From Candidatus Heimdallarchaeota archaeon B3_Heim (GTDB lineage Archaea > Asgardarchaeota > Heimdallarchaeia > Hodarchaeales > Hodarchaeaceae), in the NCBI GenBank assembly GCA_003144275.1, contig NJBF01000008.1:39232-71231 (forward strand): a stretch of DNA of 32,000 bases, written 5' to 3'. Within the stretch, counting starts at the first letter, position 1; each line of letters begins with the position of its first letter. The translations under genes were made by a program, and so were the position numbers. The notes under the pieces are model-generated. The model was not told where the DNA came from, did not search any database, and saw only the letters and a program-made list of their open reading frames with translations. Of the stretch, positions 18,755-28,357 are shown piece by piece.

Positions 18755-19078
18755 TTATTCAATGCTTTCTAAGTAGAGGGCAGCAGAGGGAAATAACTTT
18801 GTTATTTGCTGATTAAATTCTGCGGTTCGGTTTTTCACATTAATTGACACTTGAATATTCCCATCATTATGGGTAAAAAAAAGATGGATCAATATATTTG
18901 GAGGGTGTTTTTCTTCTAAATATCGAAATGAGAACTTGTTAACTAATTGGTGATTTAAAATTTTCAAAAATTCTTCTTCAGTGAAACTTAGAAATATGGT
19001 GTTTGGGGTTTGTTGATGGCCGTCTAAAAGTTGAACATCATCAGGCAAAAACTCTAGGAATGAATCCAAAGTTGTCAT
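18755..19078 (-). CDS. Small protein, possible truncated NuoC/EchD-like (30 kDa subunit) relative
   Basis: 107 aa. FLSFTEEEFLKILNHQLVNKFSFRYLEEKHPP...IHLFFTHNDGNIQVSINVKNRTAEFNQQITKLFPSAALYLESIE has the order of the NuoC domain end. The ATG immediately abuts the upstream stop (TAAATG). Confidence 0.5.
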   Translation of the reverse strand: MTTLDSFLEFLPDDVQLLDGHQQTPNTIFLSFTEEEFLKILNHQLVNKFSFRYLEEKHPPNILIHLFFTHNDGNIQVSINVKNRTAEFNQQITKLFPSAALYLESIE

Positions 19079-19873
19079 TTAATCAACTCCGACTGTAAGA
19101 GTTCCAATTTTCTCAATTGAAGCTTGTAAAAAATCTCCACGATCAAACTTAGCAACTCCTTCTGGGGTGCCAGTTGCAATTATGTCCCCTGGTTCCAGTG
19201 TAAGAATGGTACTACAATATTCGATTATTTGGTCAATTTTATGGAGCATATCTCTTGTATTTCCATCCTGACGCACTTCATCATTCACCTTGAGCCTAAT
19301 AGAAAGTGAATGTGGATTTGGAATTTCATCAGGTGTTACAATCATCGGTCCTATAGGACAAAATGTATCAAAACCCTTTGCGATAAACCAAGGATGGCCT
19401 TTTTCCTTTGCTTTCGACTGGATATCTCGTGCGGTGATATCCAATAGTATTGTATAACCAAAAACGTGTTTAAGAGCTTGTTCCTTAGAAATGTTCTTAC
19501 CACCTTTTCCGATAACTATTGCCAATTCAACTTCATGATGGACTTCTTGTGTTTGCTGCGGAATGATAATCCTGTCACTTGGACCTATTACAGAGGAAGG
19601 TGGTTTTAAAAATAAAGGGGGGAATGGAGGTAGTTTTGCAGGATGGATACCCATTTCTAGAGCGTGAGCAGAATAATTCTTAGCCAGGCATACGATTTTT
19701 GGTGGAATAATTGGTAGCTGCAGGTCAGGGATATCGGTCAATGTTATGCTCCCCGTACTCTCAAATAGTGACGGATCAGTAATGAATGGAAATATACTGC
19801 CCATAGTTGGAAATTTCTTTATCTCATGGTTATTAGACGCTACCACCGATCCTTGACTCATTCCAATCTTCAT
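19079..19873 (-). CDS. Fumarylacetoacetate hydrolase (FAH) family protein
   Basis: IVCLAKNYSAHALEMG, FLKPPSSVIG, EVELAIVIGKGGKNISKEQALKHVFGYTILLDITARDIQ, DTFCPIGPMIV and DIIATGTPEGV. Confidence 0.94.
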   Translation of the reverse strand: MKIGMSQGSVVASNNHEIKKFPTMGSIFPFITDPSLFESTGSITLTDIPDLQLPIIPPKIVCLAKNYSAHALEMGIHPAKLPPFPPLFLKPPSSVIGPSDRIIIPQQTQEVHHEVELAIVIGKGGKNISKEQALKHVFGYTILLDITARDIQSKAKEKGHPWFIAKGFDTFCPIGPMIVTPDEIPNPHSLSIRLKVNDEVRQDGNTRDMLHKIDQIIEYCSTILTLEPGDIIATGTPEGVAKFDRGDFLQASIEKIGTLTVGVD

Positions 19874-20103
19874 TAAATTCCCTTCTCTTATTTTTCCGAT
19901 GAATTAAAGAAAGTCTGCATACACTTTTCTGAGAATGAAAGACAGGAATTTAATCTTATCTCTCTAATATCTTTCATATCCAGATTAGATATTGTAATTT
20001 CCTCGTTTTTTCGGGAAAATAATACAAGAATTCAATTAAACAGGTTCTATATCTAGGGTATTGAATATGATTTTCTAAATGACTTATTGATTGAGGCTGA
20101 AAG

Positions 20104-21030
20104 ATGAAAGTTCTTGTCACTGGGGGAGCTGGTTTTGTAGGAAGCCATCTGATAGAAGAGCTACTAGTTCAAGGTCACGAAGTTGTTTGTTTAGACAATT
20201 TTACCTCTGGAAAGAGAATAAATCTCGAACCCTTTAAAGAAAAGATCACACTTATTGAAGGGGATATATTAAATCTTAAGGATGTGCAAGCAGCTCTTGA
20301 AGATGTAGAATCAGTTTATCATTTAGCAGCTCAAATTTCTGTAACCCAATCTGTGCGCAATCCCCTCCATGATGCCTCAATAAATATCAATGGGTTCATC
20401 AATATATTAAATACGATCCTAGAAAGTTCAGTGAAACGGGTTGTATATGTTTCCACAGGGGGAGCAATTTATGGGGAACCTCTTCACATACCCGCGTCAG
20501 AAACAACTCCTGAAGAACCCATTTCTCCCTACGGGTTGAGTAAGTTGGTAGGTGAAAAATATCTGAAATGGTTCAACGCTACTCATGGCCTTTCATATGC
20601 GATTATTAGACCAGCCAATATCTATGGACCCAGACAAGATCCATTGGGAGAAGCAGGAGTAATTTCAATTTATTTAGGAAGAATGTTGAACAAAAAACCC
20701 CTGGAGATATTTGGTGATGGATCTGACACTCGAGATTATGTGTACGTCAAAGATATAGCAGCTATCTGTACAACCGCTATGGCCTCCAACGTCGATGATA
20801 CTTACAATGCTGGAACAGGGATTCAAACAAGTTTGAATGAATTAGTAGAAATAATCGGAGAAGTCACTACACTTCCTATAAAGAAGGTGTTCAAACCTCC
20901 AAGACCAGGAGACGTCAAAAAAATTGCTTTAGATATCACTAAGGCAAAAAAAATTCTCAAATGGACACCACAGACAACATTTAACACAGGTATTCAAAAT
21001 ACATGGGATTGGTTCAAAAATACACACTAG
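20104..21030 (+). CDS. NAD-dependent epimerase/dehydratase (UDP-glucose 4-epimerase-like)
   Basis: MKVLVTGGAGFVGSHLIEELL, DNFTSGK, YHLAAQISV, YGLSK (YxxxK), PANIYGPRQDP and DGSDTRDYVYVKDIA. Confidence 0.95.
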   Translation: MKVLVTGGAGFVGSHLIEELLVQGHEVVCLDNFTSGKRINLEPFKEKITLIEGDILNLKDVQAALEDVESVYHLAAQISVTQSVRNPLHDASININGFINILNTILESSVKRVVYVSTGGAIYGEPLHIPASETTPEEPISPYGLSKLVGEKYLKWFNATHGLSYAIIRPANIYGPRQDPLGEAGVISIYLGRMLNKKPLEIFGDGSDTRDYVYVKDIAAICTTAMASNVDDTYNAGTGIQTSLNELVEIIGEVTTLPIKKVFKPPRPGDVKKIALDITKAKKILKWTPQTTFNTGIQNTWDWFKNTH

Positions 21031-22034
21031 CTTTCAATCAGGGTATTTATAAACGTCATTTTATCTTCCAACCATTCCTCATTGATTTCTGTTCCACCAA
21101 ACCAAGTCCAGAAAGATGCAACTACCCATGGATCTAATTTCACGTCTAATCTTGGACTCTGTGCCACTAGAAAGAAGGCCTGCCAAAGTTCTCCGACTGC
21201 AGTTTCAAATAGTCGACTTGCTACGGAAACGGTTTTCCCGTTGTTTCTGATATCCATACTCTGGTTAAGTCGAAGCTCTGACTCATTTATTGATACAAAA
21301 GCTGATAAAATCCACATTTCACGATCAGTACGCAAATGTTGTTGGAATAACCGATCAGCTAGAAGCTCTAATTCTTGACGTGCATTAGATAACCTCGCAG
21401 GATTAAAGTGAGAAATCCGTAAGAGCTGGTTAAAAAAATCATATAGATTCAAATCAGCATTTCTTAAAGAATCAAGTAAAAAAGGGGCGGTTCCTAATCC
21501 AAACGCGTTTTGGTTCATTAAAGGAATACATATGGCTTCCTCCGCTGCTTTAATTAGCCAGATATATGCATCTGCAATCATATCTTCCTGAATTCGATTT
21601 TTTACTCGCCCTAAAAGCATCCTAGCTGTTTGCCTTTTCAAATCAATTACTTCTGGTTGCCATTCAACATGTTCAGCTTGAGATTTCCAGTCATCCAATT
21701 TCCCCCGAGGGTCGTATATTATGTCACTGGATTGTAAAAGTCTCATAACTGTTGCAACTTGCCAATAGGGAACATTTTTGCCCTTAAGGACGTCTTCGAA
21801 AAATCCTCGTGGGGATAGTGTTAGTTTTACTTCAATATCGGAGAAGTCCTCTAAGTCTGTTAAAGTAGTCTCTTTTAAATCACGAGTTTTTTCTCTAATA
21901 GCCCAAAAGACGATTCTCGAATCTAAATTGTCGTATTGATCATGGATTAAAAATCTTCCAAGTTCCTGATCCTCTGTTGTTATCCTTGTAAGTAAAATTT
22001 CGATAATTTGATTAATAATCTGCTGATCTACCAA
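21027..22034 (-). CDS. Hypothetical protein, possible degenerate nucleotidyltransferase plus helical domain
   Basis: 335 aa. DIEVKLTLSPRGFFEDVL...ATVMRLLQSSDIIYDPRGKLDDW resembles the later part of a KNTase-like fold, followed by LIKAAEEAICIPLM and RQELELLADRLF helices. Confidence 0.6.
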   Translation of the reverse strand: MVDQQIINQIIEILLTRITTEDQELGRFLIHDQYDNLDSRIVFWAIREKTRDLKETTLTDLEDFSDIEVKLTLSPRGFFEDVLKGKNVPYWQVATVMRLLQSSDIIYDPRGKLDDWKSQAEHVEWQPEVIDLKRQTARMLLGRVKNRIQEDMIADAYIWLIKAAEEAICIPLMNQNAFGLGTAPFLLDSLRNADLNLYDFFNQLLRISHFNPARLSNARQELELLADRLFQQHLRTDREMWILSAFVSINESELRLNQSMDIRNNGKTVSVASRLFETAVGELWQAFFLVAQSPRLDVKLDPWVVASFWTWFGGTEINEEWLEDKMTFINTLIES

Positions 22035-22156
22035 TAATTCATCTCCAAATCATTATGGACTACCTATAGGAATCCTCTTTCAATCACTTATTCGATTCCG
22101 AATTCTTTTAAAAAATCTCTTACCTTTATACTAATCGACAAATATAGGTGTATTCT

Positions 22157-24520
22157 ATGTCCAAGGTCCATTTGAGTCAAATATTGTTATTCTTATTATG
22201 TTCCCCAATTACACTGATTGTCGGTCAATCATTTATTACTGAAACTGCATCTATTCCCGCTCAAGAGGCACTTCCCGAGAGGATAAAGGTAGATATAACA
22301 TTAAATGTCTTAGTTGTCTTAATGGAGCTTTCTGACGATCCACACCATGAAACTCACACTGTTCAACATTTTACTGATTTATTTTTTTCTAATGAATCCT
22401 TTAGTATTCGTCAATATTATATAAATTCATCTTATGGCTCAGTGGATTTATCTGGAGATGTACTTGGATGGTTTCAGGCAGTAGAGCCTCTTTCTTATTA
22501 TGGTGGGGGTACACGTATGCCTCCTGGTCAGGACACAAATCCAGATTTACTTGCAGGGGAAGCATATGAACAAGCCTTGGATGTTGGTAAAGACCCCCTA
22601 AGTTACGATTTATTTGTAGTAATTCATTCGGGAGATGGTCAAGAATACTCGGGAAATTCAAATGACATTTGGTCGCATCAATGGGGGGTATCCACAGACT
22701 CTGGTTGGGTAGCTTATTCTATGAACCATGAATATGTGGATTATAGCACTCCTTCTCATGAGCTAGGACATGCATTATATTTCCCAGATTTGTATGACTA
22801 CAGAGATTACGAACATACCTTCGCTGGCGAATACGGTATGATGGGAAGAGGTAGTAGTCATTTTTCGATTTGGAATAAATATTATAGTAAGGTTTCTCTT
22901 GCATCTTCTGCTCAATTCCTTTCTGCGGATTATCGGCTACAAGTAACAAATTACACAACAGATACTTTGTCTACAATAACTCCCATCGGTGTAGAATCCC
23001 CTCAGGGAATAATGTGGCTTGAGATTGGATGGAATTCCTCAGGATATATTGATCCTAACCATGGGTCAGGGTGGACTATTACAGTTCGTGAAGATCTGGA
23101 TTATGATAAGCTCTTACCCAAATTTGGAATGGTTGTAGCAGAAATTCAAGTAGGGCCGCGAACTTATACACAAGTCGAAGGTGAATATCCTCCATGGAAT
23201 GTAATTGATGCCCACCCAGAAACAGAAGAAAATAAAGACGATGCTCCTTTTTCATCTTCATCGGGTGACATAGGAACATTTGTTTCGGGTGCAGGGTGGG
23301 CTGCCCAAATTTTGGAAACGTTTACGAATAAATCTTATCGTATTCGGATAACTAATGAGAGTAATATACCTATAATTAATTTAAATGAGCCCAATGAAGT
23401 AATCACTGGAAATTATGACCTACATTTTTCAGTTGACCATCTTAACTCATCAAGTATAACTTCAGCTGAGGTTTCTATCGATAATGGTCCTTGGGAATTA
23501 GCTACACCTGATCTTTCTCCAAATATGTACGTTTATTCATGGGATTCGACCCAAGAACGAGAGGGATCGCATATTATTCGTGCTCGAGCAGCTGATAACA
23601 CAAGTTCTCCATATATTGGATACTCTTCATTCATTTCTGTAGAGATTGACAATCGGAATGGTTCGATTCTTGTTGTAGATGATGATTTAGGTCGTGATGC
23701 GGAAATAAGTGTATTAGAAGCGTTAGATACATTAGGATATGCGAATGAGTACGAAATCATGTGTACTTCTTCTTTTACTGATGCTGAAGTTACTGCTGAA
23801 GAATTAGCTCAATACAATACAATTATTTGGGTTGGAAATCCCGAAATTTCTCCAATAAGTAACTCTCACATTAATAACAATGAGTTCAAAGAGATAAAGA
23901 AATATTTTAACTCAGATCTTGGTGATGAACGATCTCCTGGTATTATCTTCATGTCTTCTTATACGATCTTTGATTTTAGTAATCAGGGAGCCGAGTTCCA
24001 AAATGAATACCGTGATATTTTCCAAGCGGAATCCATATTAAATTTTCGATCCCCTGCTTCCATGTTAGAAGGGTTACTGTTCTTAGAAGAACTACCTCAA
24101 TTTACACTCGGAAATACCGATACACTTCGGGCAACCAGAGGTTCTGATGGAGAACTGGTTAATTTATTGATAGGTGCTACCCCCATCCTTATAGATATTG
24201 ATCCTCAATTTTCTTCCTACAGTACAAAAGGATATGTTGTTGATAATGGACAATATAAATTAGTCAACTATCAATTTCAACCTGATATGGTTCCTGACGA
24301 CATTCTACCCCAATTACTTAATTTATCTCTGAACTACCTATACATACCAGCCAATGGAACAGTTATTACCACAACCACAACGACCACACCTACAGTTATG
24401 GATCCTGTCCCAATTATAGGCTTTTTTGCCGTAAGTGGATTGGTAGCATCGGTTTTATTCGTAAAATTTAGACCAAGACCTCGTAAAGGAGAATCAATCT
24501 GGGTTAATCGGAAAAACTAA
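22157..24520 (+). CDS. Secreted M6-family (immune inhibitor A-like) metalloprotease with C-terminal membrane anchor
   Basis: Signal peptide MSKVHLSQILLFLLCSPITLIVGQ. HELGHALYFPDLYD zinc site with HELGH at nt 22757-22771. Ig-like region, Thr-rich linker TTTTTTTPT, terminal TM plus basic tail. The track start is 22148. Confidence 0.88.
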   Translation: MSKVHLSQILLFLLCSPITLIVGQSFITETASIPAQEALPERIKVDITLNVLVVLMELSDDPHHETHTVQHFTDLFFSNESFSIRQYYINSSYGSVDLSGDVLGWFQAVEPLSYYGGGTRMPPGQDTNPDLLAGEAYEQALDVGKDPLSYDLFVVIHSGDGQEYSGNSNDIWSHQWGVSTDSGWVAYSMNHEYVDYSTPSHELGHALYFPDLYDYRDYEHTFAGEYGMMGRGSSHFSIWNKYYSKVSLASSAQFLSADYRLQVTNYTTDTLSTITPIGVESPQGIMWLEIGWNSSGYIDPNHGSGWTITVREDLDYDKLLPKFGMVVAEIQVGPRTYTQVEGEYPPWNVIDAHPETEENKDDAPFSSSSGDIGTFVSGAGWAAQILETFTNKSYRIRITNESNIPIINLNEPNEVITGNYDLHFSVDHLNSSSITSAEVSIDNGPWELATPDLSPNMYVYSWDSTQEREGSHIIRARAADNTSSPYIGYSSFISVEIDNRNGSILVVDDDLGRDAEISVLEALDTLGYANEYEIMCTSSFTDAEVTAEELAQYNTIIWVGNPEISPISNSHINNNEFKEIKKYFNSDLGDERSPGIIFMSSYTIFDFSNQGAEFQNEYRDIFQAESILNFRSPASMLEGLLFLEELPQFTLGNTDTLRATRGSDGELVNLLIGATPILIDIDPQFSSYSTKGYVVDNGQYKLVNYQFQPDMVPDDILPQLLNLSLNYLYIPANGTVITTTTTTTPTVMDPVPIIGFFAVSGLVASVLFVKFRPRPRKGESIWVNRKN

Positions 24521-24536
24521 ACAAGATTAGAGTCTC

Positions 24537-25457
24537 TTACATCGATTGATCCTCTGTAAGTACGGCCAGAATGATACCTATTCCAATGAATATTCCTCCC
24601 AATAATGTTGTGAATGGTAATCTTTCTGACAAAAATATAAATCCTAAAATTGATGCACCAGCTGCTTCTCCTAAAACCGTTAAAGATACAACCTGTGCAG
24701 AAAGTTTTTTCATAGAGTATGTATACAGAGCATGACCCAATAAACTCGGCCCTATGGCTAAAGCAAGAAACCAGGTCATATCAGATGAAGGAAATATCCA
24801 AACATTTTCTGAAAGGCCTAAAGAATAAAGAAATAGGAATATGGTGCAATAAGCGTTAACAAAGTATGTATAAGCAATATTAGAAACATTGAAACGACTT
24901 CGCATTTGTTTTCCGATAATGAAATAACAAGCAACCATTAGGGCACCAAATAAGGCTAAAAAAACCCCTTCTTGAAAGGAGCCGAGTAATTGACTAGAAA
25001 CCTCACCAAACGCAATAAGTATAATTCCAAAAAAACATAGAATCAATCCAATCACTTGGGAAGAAGTAATCGTCTCACGGAAAAGAGCAAAGGAAAGAAA
25101 AATTACCCAGAGCGGAGACGAGTTTACAACGATTACCGATGCTGCTACAGAAGTATACTCTAAACTCTGAATCCAGGAGAAAAAATGAAGTGAAAGAAAA
25201 AAACCTGCTAAGATAAAGTATTTCATATGGCCGAAGCTTGAAACAGAACGAAATTGTCTTCTAATTTCTGCGGAGAGTAGTAAGGGTGAAAGTAAGAGCA
25301 CTACCAAAAACAATCTCCAAAATGCGATGGTTATTGCCGTTGAAATGCTATATCGAATAAAGATTGAAGCTCCTGATACTGCTATTGTAGCAATAATTAA
25401 GGCAACATATTCGAATCTGATTGGAAATTTGCTCGTAATTTGTGAGATTTCTTTCAT
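24537..25457 (-). CDS. EamA/DMT-superfamily transporter
   Basis: About ten TM segments; FRETITSSQVIGLILCFFGIILIAFGE and FIFLSERLPFTTLLGGIFIGIGIILA. The internal Met at 25457 is likelier than the track start at 25544. Confidence 0.88.
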   Translation of the reverse strand: MKEISQITSKFPIRFEYVALIIATIAVSGASIFIRYSISTAITIAFWRLFLVVLLLSPLLLSAEIRRQFRSVSSFGHMKYFILAGFFLSLHFFSWIQSLEYTSVAASVIVVNSSPLWVIFLSFALFRETITSSQVIGLILCFFGIILIAFGEVSSQLLGSFQEGVFLALFGALMVACYFIIGKQMRSRFNVSNIAYTYFVNAYCTIFLFLYSLGLSENVWIFPSSDMTWFLALAIGPSLLGHALYTYSMKKLSAQVVSLTVLGEAAGASILGFIFLSERLPFTTLLGGIFIGIGIILAVLTEDQSM

Positions 25458-25542
25458 TGCACATTCTTTAGGAATAAACACTAATAACTCTTCTGGAGGA
25501 CGAATCTTAAAGAGAATGGACGACTTATAGAGATAAATAGTC

Positions 25543-26415
25543 ATGTCTAAAGAAAAAACTATACTTCCGCGAATAGGAGCACATAAATCTATAGCGAATG
25601 GAATAGATAGAGCAGTTGATCGAGGACTTGAAAGTACCTGCGAATGCCTTCAGATTTTTACTCGTCCACCTAGACGTTGGGAAGCAGGTAAATTCTCATT
25701 AGACAAAATTCGAGTTAAAAGCTTTCTAGATAAAGCCGAAAACGCCAAATATTTCGATACCGCGATCCATATGCCGTATCTTCCTAATTTGTCTTCCCCC
25801 GACGACGGCCTCTACAACAGATCGATCAAAGTTCTCCAGGAAGAGATCGTAAAATCGCACCTTTTACATTCCCCCTATGTCATTTCACACCTTGGAAGCC
25901 CGAAAAAGGAATCACGAGATTTTGCTGTTAAACGTACAGCTAAAGCTTTAGATCAAGCACTTGAATCACGAATAGCGCCTACAATGATTCTATTGGAAAA
26001 TTCAACAGCAAAAAGAAGAGATTGGGGGAAAAATATTGAAGATATCACCAATGTCATAAATACCGTGAACCAACCGCAGTATGTAGGAATGTGCTTTGAT
26101 ACCGCACACGCTTTTGCCTCTGGTTATGAGATTTCGTCTCCTGAAATACTTCATGAGGTATTTGACAGTATTGACGAGCTGGTAGGGAAAAATAAAGTCC
26201 GAGTAATTCATCTCAATGATTCTAAGGGCCAATTAAATTCAGGAATCGATCATCATGAACACATTGGTCGGGGAAATATAGGCATTGATTGTTTTCGGGA
26301 ATTAATGCAACATCCTAGATTTAATAATATTTCTATGATTCTTGAAACTCCCAAAGATGAAAAAATTGATGATAAAAAGAATCTCGATCTCCTTCGGAGT
26401 CTCAGAAAGAAATAA
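25543..26415 (+). CDS. nfo: Deoxyribonuclease/endonuclease IV (AP endonuclease)
   Basis: IGAHKSIANGIDRAVDRGLE, LQIFTRPPRRW, VISHLGSPK, MILLENST, GMCFDTAHAFASGYE, VIHLNDSKG, HEHIGRGNIG and MILETPKD. Confidence 0.96.
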   Translation: MSKEKTILPRIGAHKSIANGIDRAVDRGLESTCECLQIFTRPPRRWEAGKFSLDKIRVKSFLDKAENAKYFDTAIHMPYLPNLSSPDDGLYNRSIKVLQEEIVKSHLLHSPYVISHLGSPKKESRDFAVKRTAKALDQALESRIAPTMILLENSTAKRRDWGKNIEDITNVINTVNQPQYVGMCFDTAHAFASGYEISSPEILHEVFDSIDELVGKNKVRVIHLNDSKGQLNSGIDHHEHIGRGNIGIDCFRELMQHPRFNNISMILETPKDEKIDDKKNLDLLRSLRKK

Positions 26416-26453
26416 AATGTCTCAGCAAATGGTTTTGTTGAGGTAACTCTAAC

Positions 26454-27020
26454 GTGAAAATATCTAATATCGATCTGAAGACTGCATACCGATTTTTATA
26501 TCCACGATTCACAATTATCGTATCATCTGGAACGCTTTCTAATCCAAATGCCCTCACTATCGCTTGGTCTACCCCTCTTTCAGCAGATCCGCCATTACTT
26601 GGTGTTCTCATTGCAAATAAGAGGTATTCTCATGAAATAATAAAAGAAACCAAGTCTTTTGTTGTAAATATTCCCCATTACAATCTTGTTAAAGAAACCC
26701 ATTTTGTTGGACAGATTTCTGGTCGTGAAGATCCAAAAAAAATTGAAAAGGCTGGTTTCACATTAGAGCCATCCAAAAAAATTGCCGCACCCCGCATAAA
26801 AGAGTGTAAAATTAATTTGGAATGCAAACTCGTTGATATAATCACCACAGGTGATCATGACATGTTTGTTGGTGAAATCATTGAAATAGCGGTTGATTCA
26901 ACTATTCGTGATGAGTGGTCTTATGATCTATCAAAACATCAATCAATTTATTGGAGACAATCTAAATTTAGCAGTGATGCTTACCGATTAAATGTCGTGA
27001 ATGAGGAAGATTTAACTTGA
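26454..27020 (+). CDS. Flavin reductase-like FMN-binding protein
   Basis: PRFTIIVSSGTLSNPNALTIAWSTPLSADPPLLGVLIANKRYSHEIIKETKSFVVNIP and DHDMFVGEIIEIAVD. Confidence 0.9.
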   Translation: MKISNIDLKTAYRFLYPRFTIIVSSGTLSNPNALTIAWSTPLSADPPLLGVLIANKRYSHEIIKETKSFVVNIPHYNLVKETHFVGQISGREDPKKIEKAGFTLEPSKKIAAPRIKECKINLECKLVDIITTGDHDMFVGEIIEIAVDSTIRDEWSYDLSKHQSIYWRQSKFSSDAYRLNVVNEEDLT

Positions 27021-28039
27021 AACACACTTCCCCCAGCTTAATAGTGGAAAATCAAACAGTTTTCTTTGAATCCTCAGAAAATATGCGTGAAATCGAGTCA
27101 GATTCAGTGACTCTAATTGTCACTTCTCCTCCTTATTGGAATGTCAGAGATTACGGTTCTGAGCAGATAGGATTCGGACAGATCTATAAAGAATATGTTA
27201 ATTCTTTAGATAAGGTTTGGAAAGAATGTGAACGAGTACTTCAGCCAAATGGTAAAATAGCTATTAATGTCCAACCGCTCCCAATAGATAGTAAAAATTC
27301 TGGATTTGGACGTCGAGTTATATTAAATTTAATGTATGACATTGAACGCTTTTTTCGAGAAAGTAATTTCTATTTATCTGGAATGCACTATTGGGATAAA
27401 GCACCTTATATTTCTAACGTATCTTGGGGTAGTTATCCTAAACCTACCAATATTGCCTCAAACACTAGTTTTGAACAAATCTTTGTGTTTGTAAAGGGGG
27501 GGAAGACACGCAAAGTTCCTCCCGAAACCATGCAAAAAAGTTTATTATCAAAAGATGAATGGAGACATTTCGCTGTTCGAGGAATCTGGGATGATATCTC
27601 CCCTGTAATTAAAATTGACTCTAAGGGTGTTAATAAATTTGGTCATTCTGCACCCTTTCCTGAAGAAATCCCCTATCGAATCATTAAAATGCATTCTGCT
27701 AAGAATGAAACGGTGCTCGATCCTTTTTTAGGTTCAGGAACAACCTTGAAGATTTGTCGCATTACTGGACGAAAGGGTATAGGATACGAAGTTAATGAGA
27801 ACTATAGAGAGTTGATTAAAACAAGAATTCTCGAAGATTGGGAATTTCCTCCAATTGAAGCACAATATAAGACGATGGGAACGACCTTTTTCTATGAAAC
27901 ACTTCAATATGTTCATAACAGAATAGTAAGCGAACCTGCAATTTCTCTCAAAGAGATAATAAATGAACTTAATAGGAAGTTTCCGAAGAAATTTACCAAA
28001 TCTTGGATATCACATCTTAACAGTCTAAATATGGAGTAG
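27017..28039 (+). CDS. Orphan DNA methyltransferase, SPPY type (likely N4-cytosine, possibly N6-adenine)
   Basis: TTG start overlapping the previous stop. LIVTSPPYWNVRDYG (motif IV) comes before VLDPFLGSGTTLKICRITGRKGIGYEVNENY (motif I), a beta-like motif order. Confidence 0.92.
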   Translation: MKHTSPSLIVENQTVFFESSENMREIESDSVTLIVTSPPYWNVRDYGSEQIGFGQIYKEYVNSLDKVWKECERVLQPNGKIAINVQPLPIDSKNSGFGRRVILNLMYDIERFFRESNFYLSGMHYWDKAPYISNVSWGSYPKPTNIASNTSFEQIFVFVKGGKTRKVPPETMQKSLLSKDEWRHFAVRGIWDDISPVIKIDSKGVNKFGHSAPFPEEIPYRIIKMHSAKNETVLDPFLGSGTTLKICRITGRKGIGYEVNENYRELIKTRILEDWEFPPIEAQYKTMGTTFFYETLQYVHNRIVSEPAISLKEIINELNRKFPKKFTKSWISHLNSLNME

Positions 28040-28357
28040 TGTCTGAAATTCTCGTTTAGACATGTTTATTCAATAAAAACTCATTTAATTCAGGTATTAT
28101 TGATATAAAATAAGCTAATACTTGGTCATATCAATTTTTTACCTGCTTTTCCTGGTTAAGACGAAGATATTATAGTCCACTAATAATTAAAGTCAATTTG
28201 GCGAGTTGAAAATTCATTTTTCTTATTGAATTCTATGCATTGAGATAAGAACATCTAGTATGCTAACGAATTACTAAACACAACATCATATCATGAAGAT
28301 CCTATACATGAAGGGTACGCAAACTAGGTAATGTTAGATACCAAAACAAAGGAATAA

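Noticed and set aside
22401-23760. Antisense ORFs at 22401-22661, 22719-22958, 23079-23279 and 23533-23760.
   Set aside because: All lie opposite the M6 protease gene. The translations show no domain features.
25327-25544. Head-to-head start codons sharing CATG at 25542-25545 for the EamA transporter and endonuclease IV, plus a 66 aa ORF at 25327-25530.
   Set aside because: The transporter has an internal Met at 25457 just before the first TM segment, leaving an 85 nt divergent promoter region. The 29 extra residues look non-conserved and the 66 aa ORF is antisense to the transporter.
26402-26611. 69 aa minus-strand ORF.
   Set aside because: Antisense to the start of the flavin reductase-like gene, which has clear family motifs.
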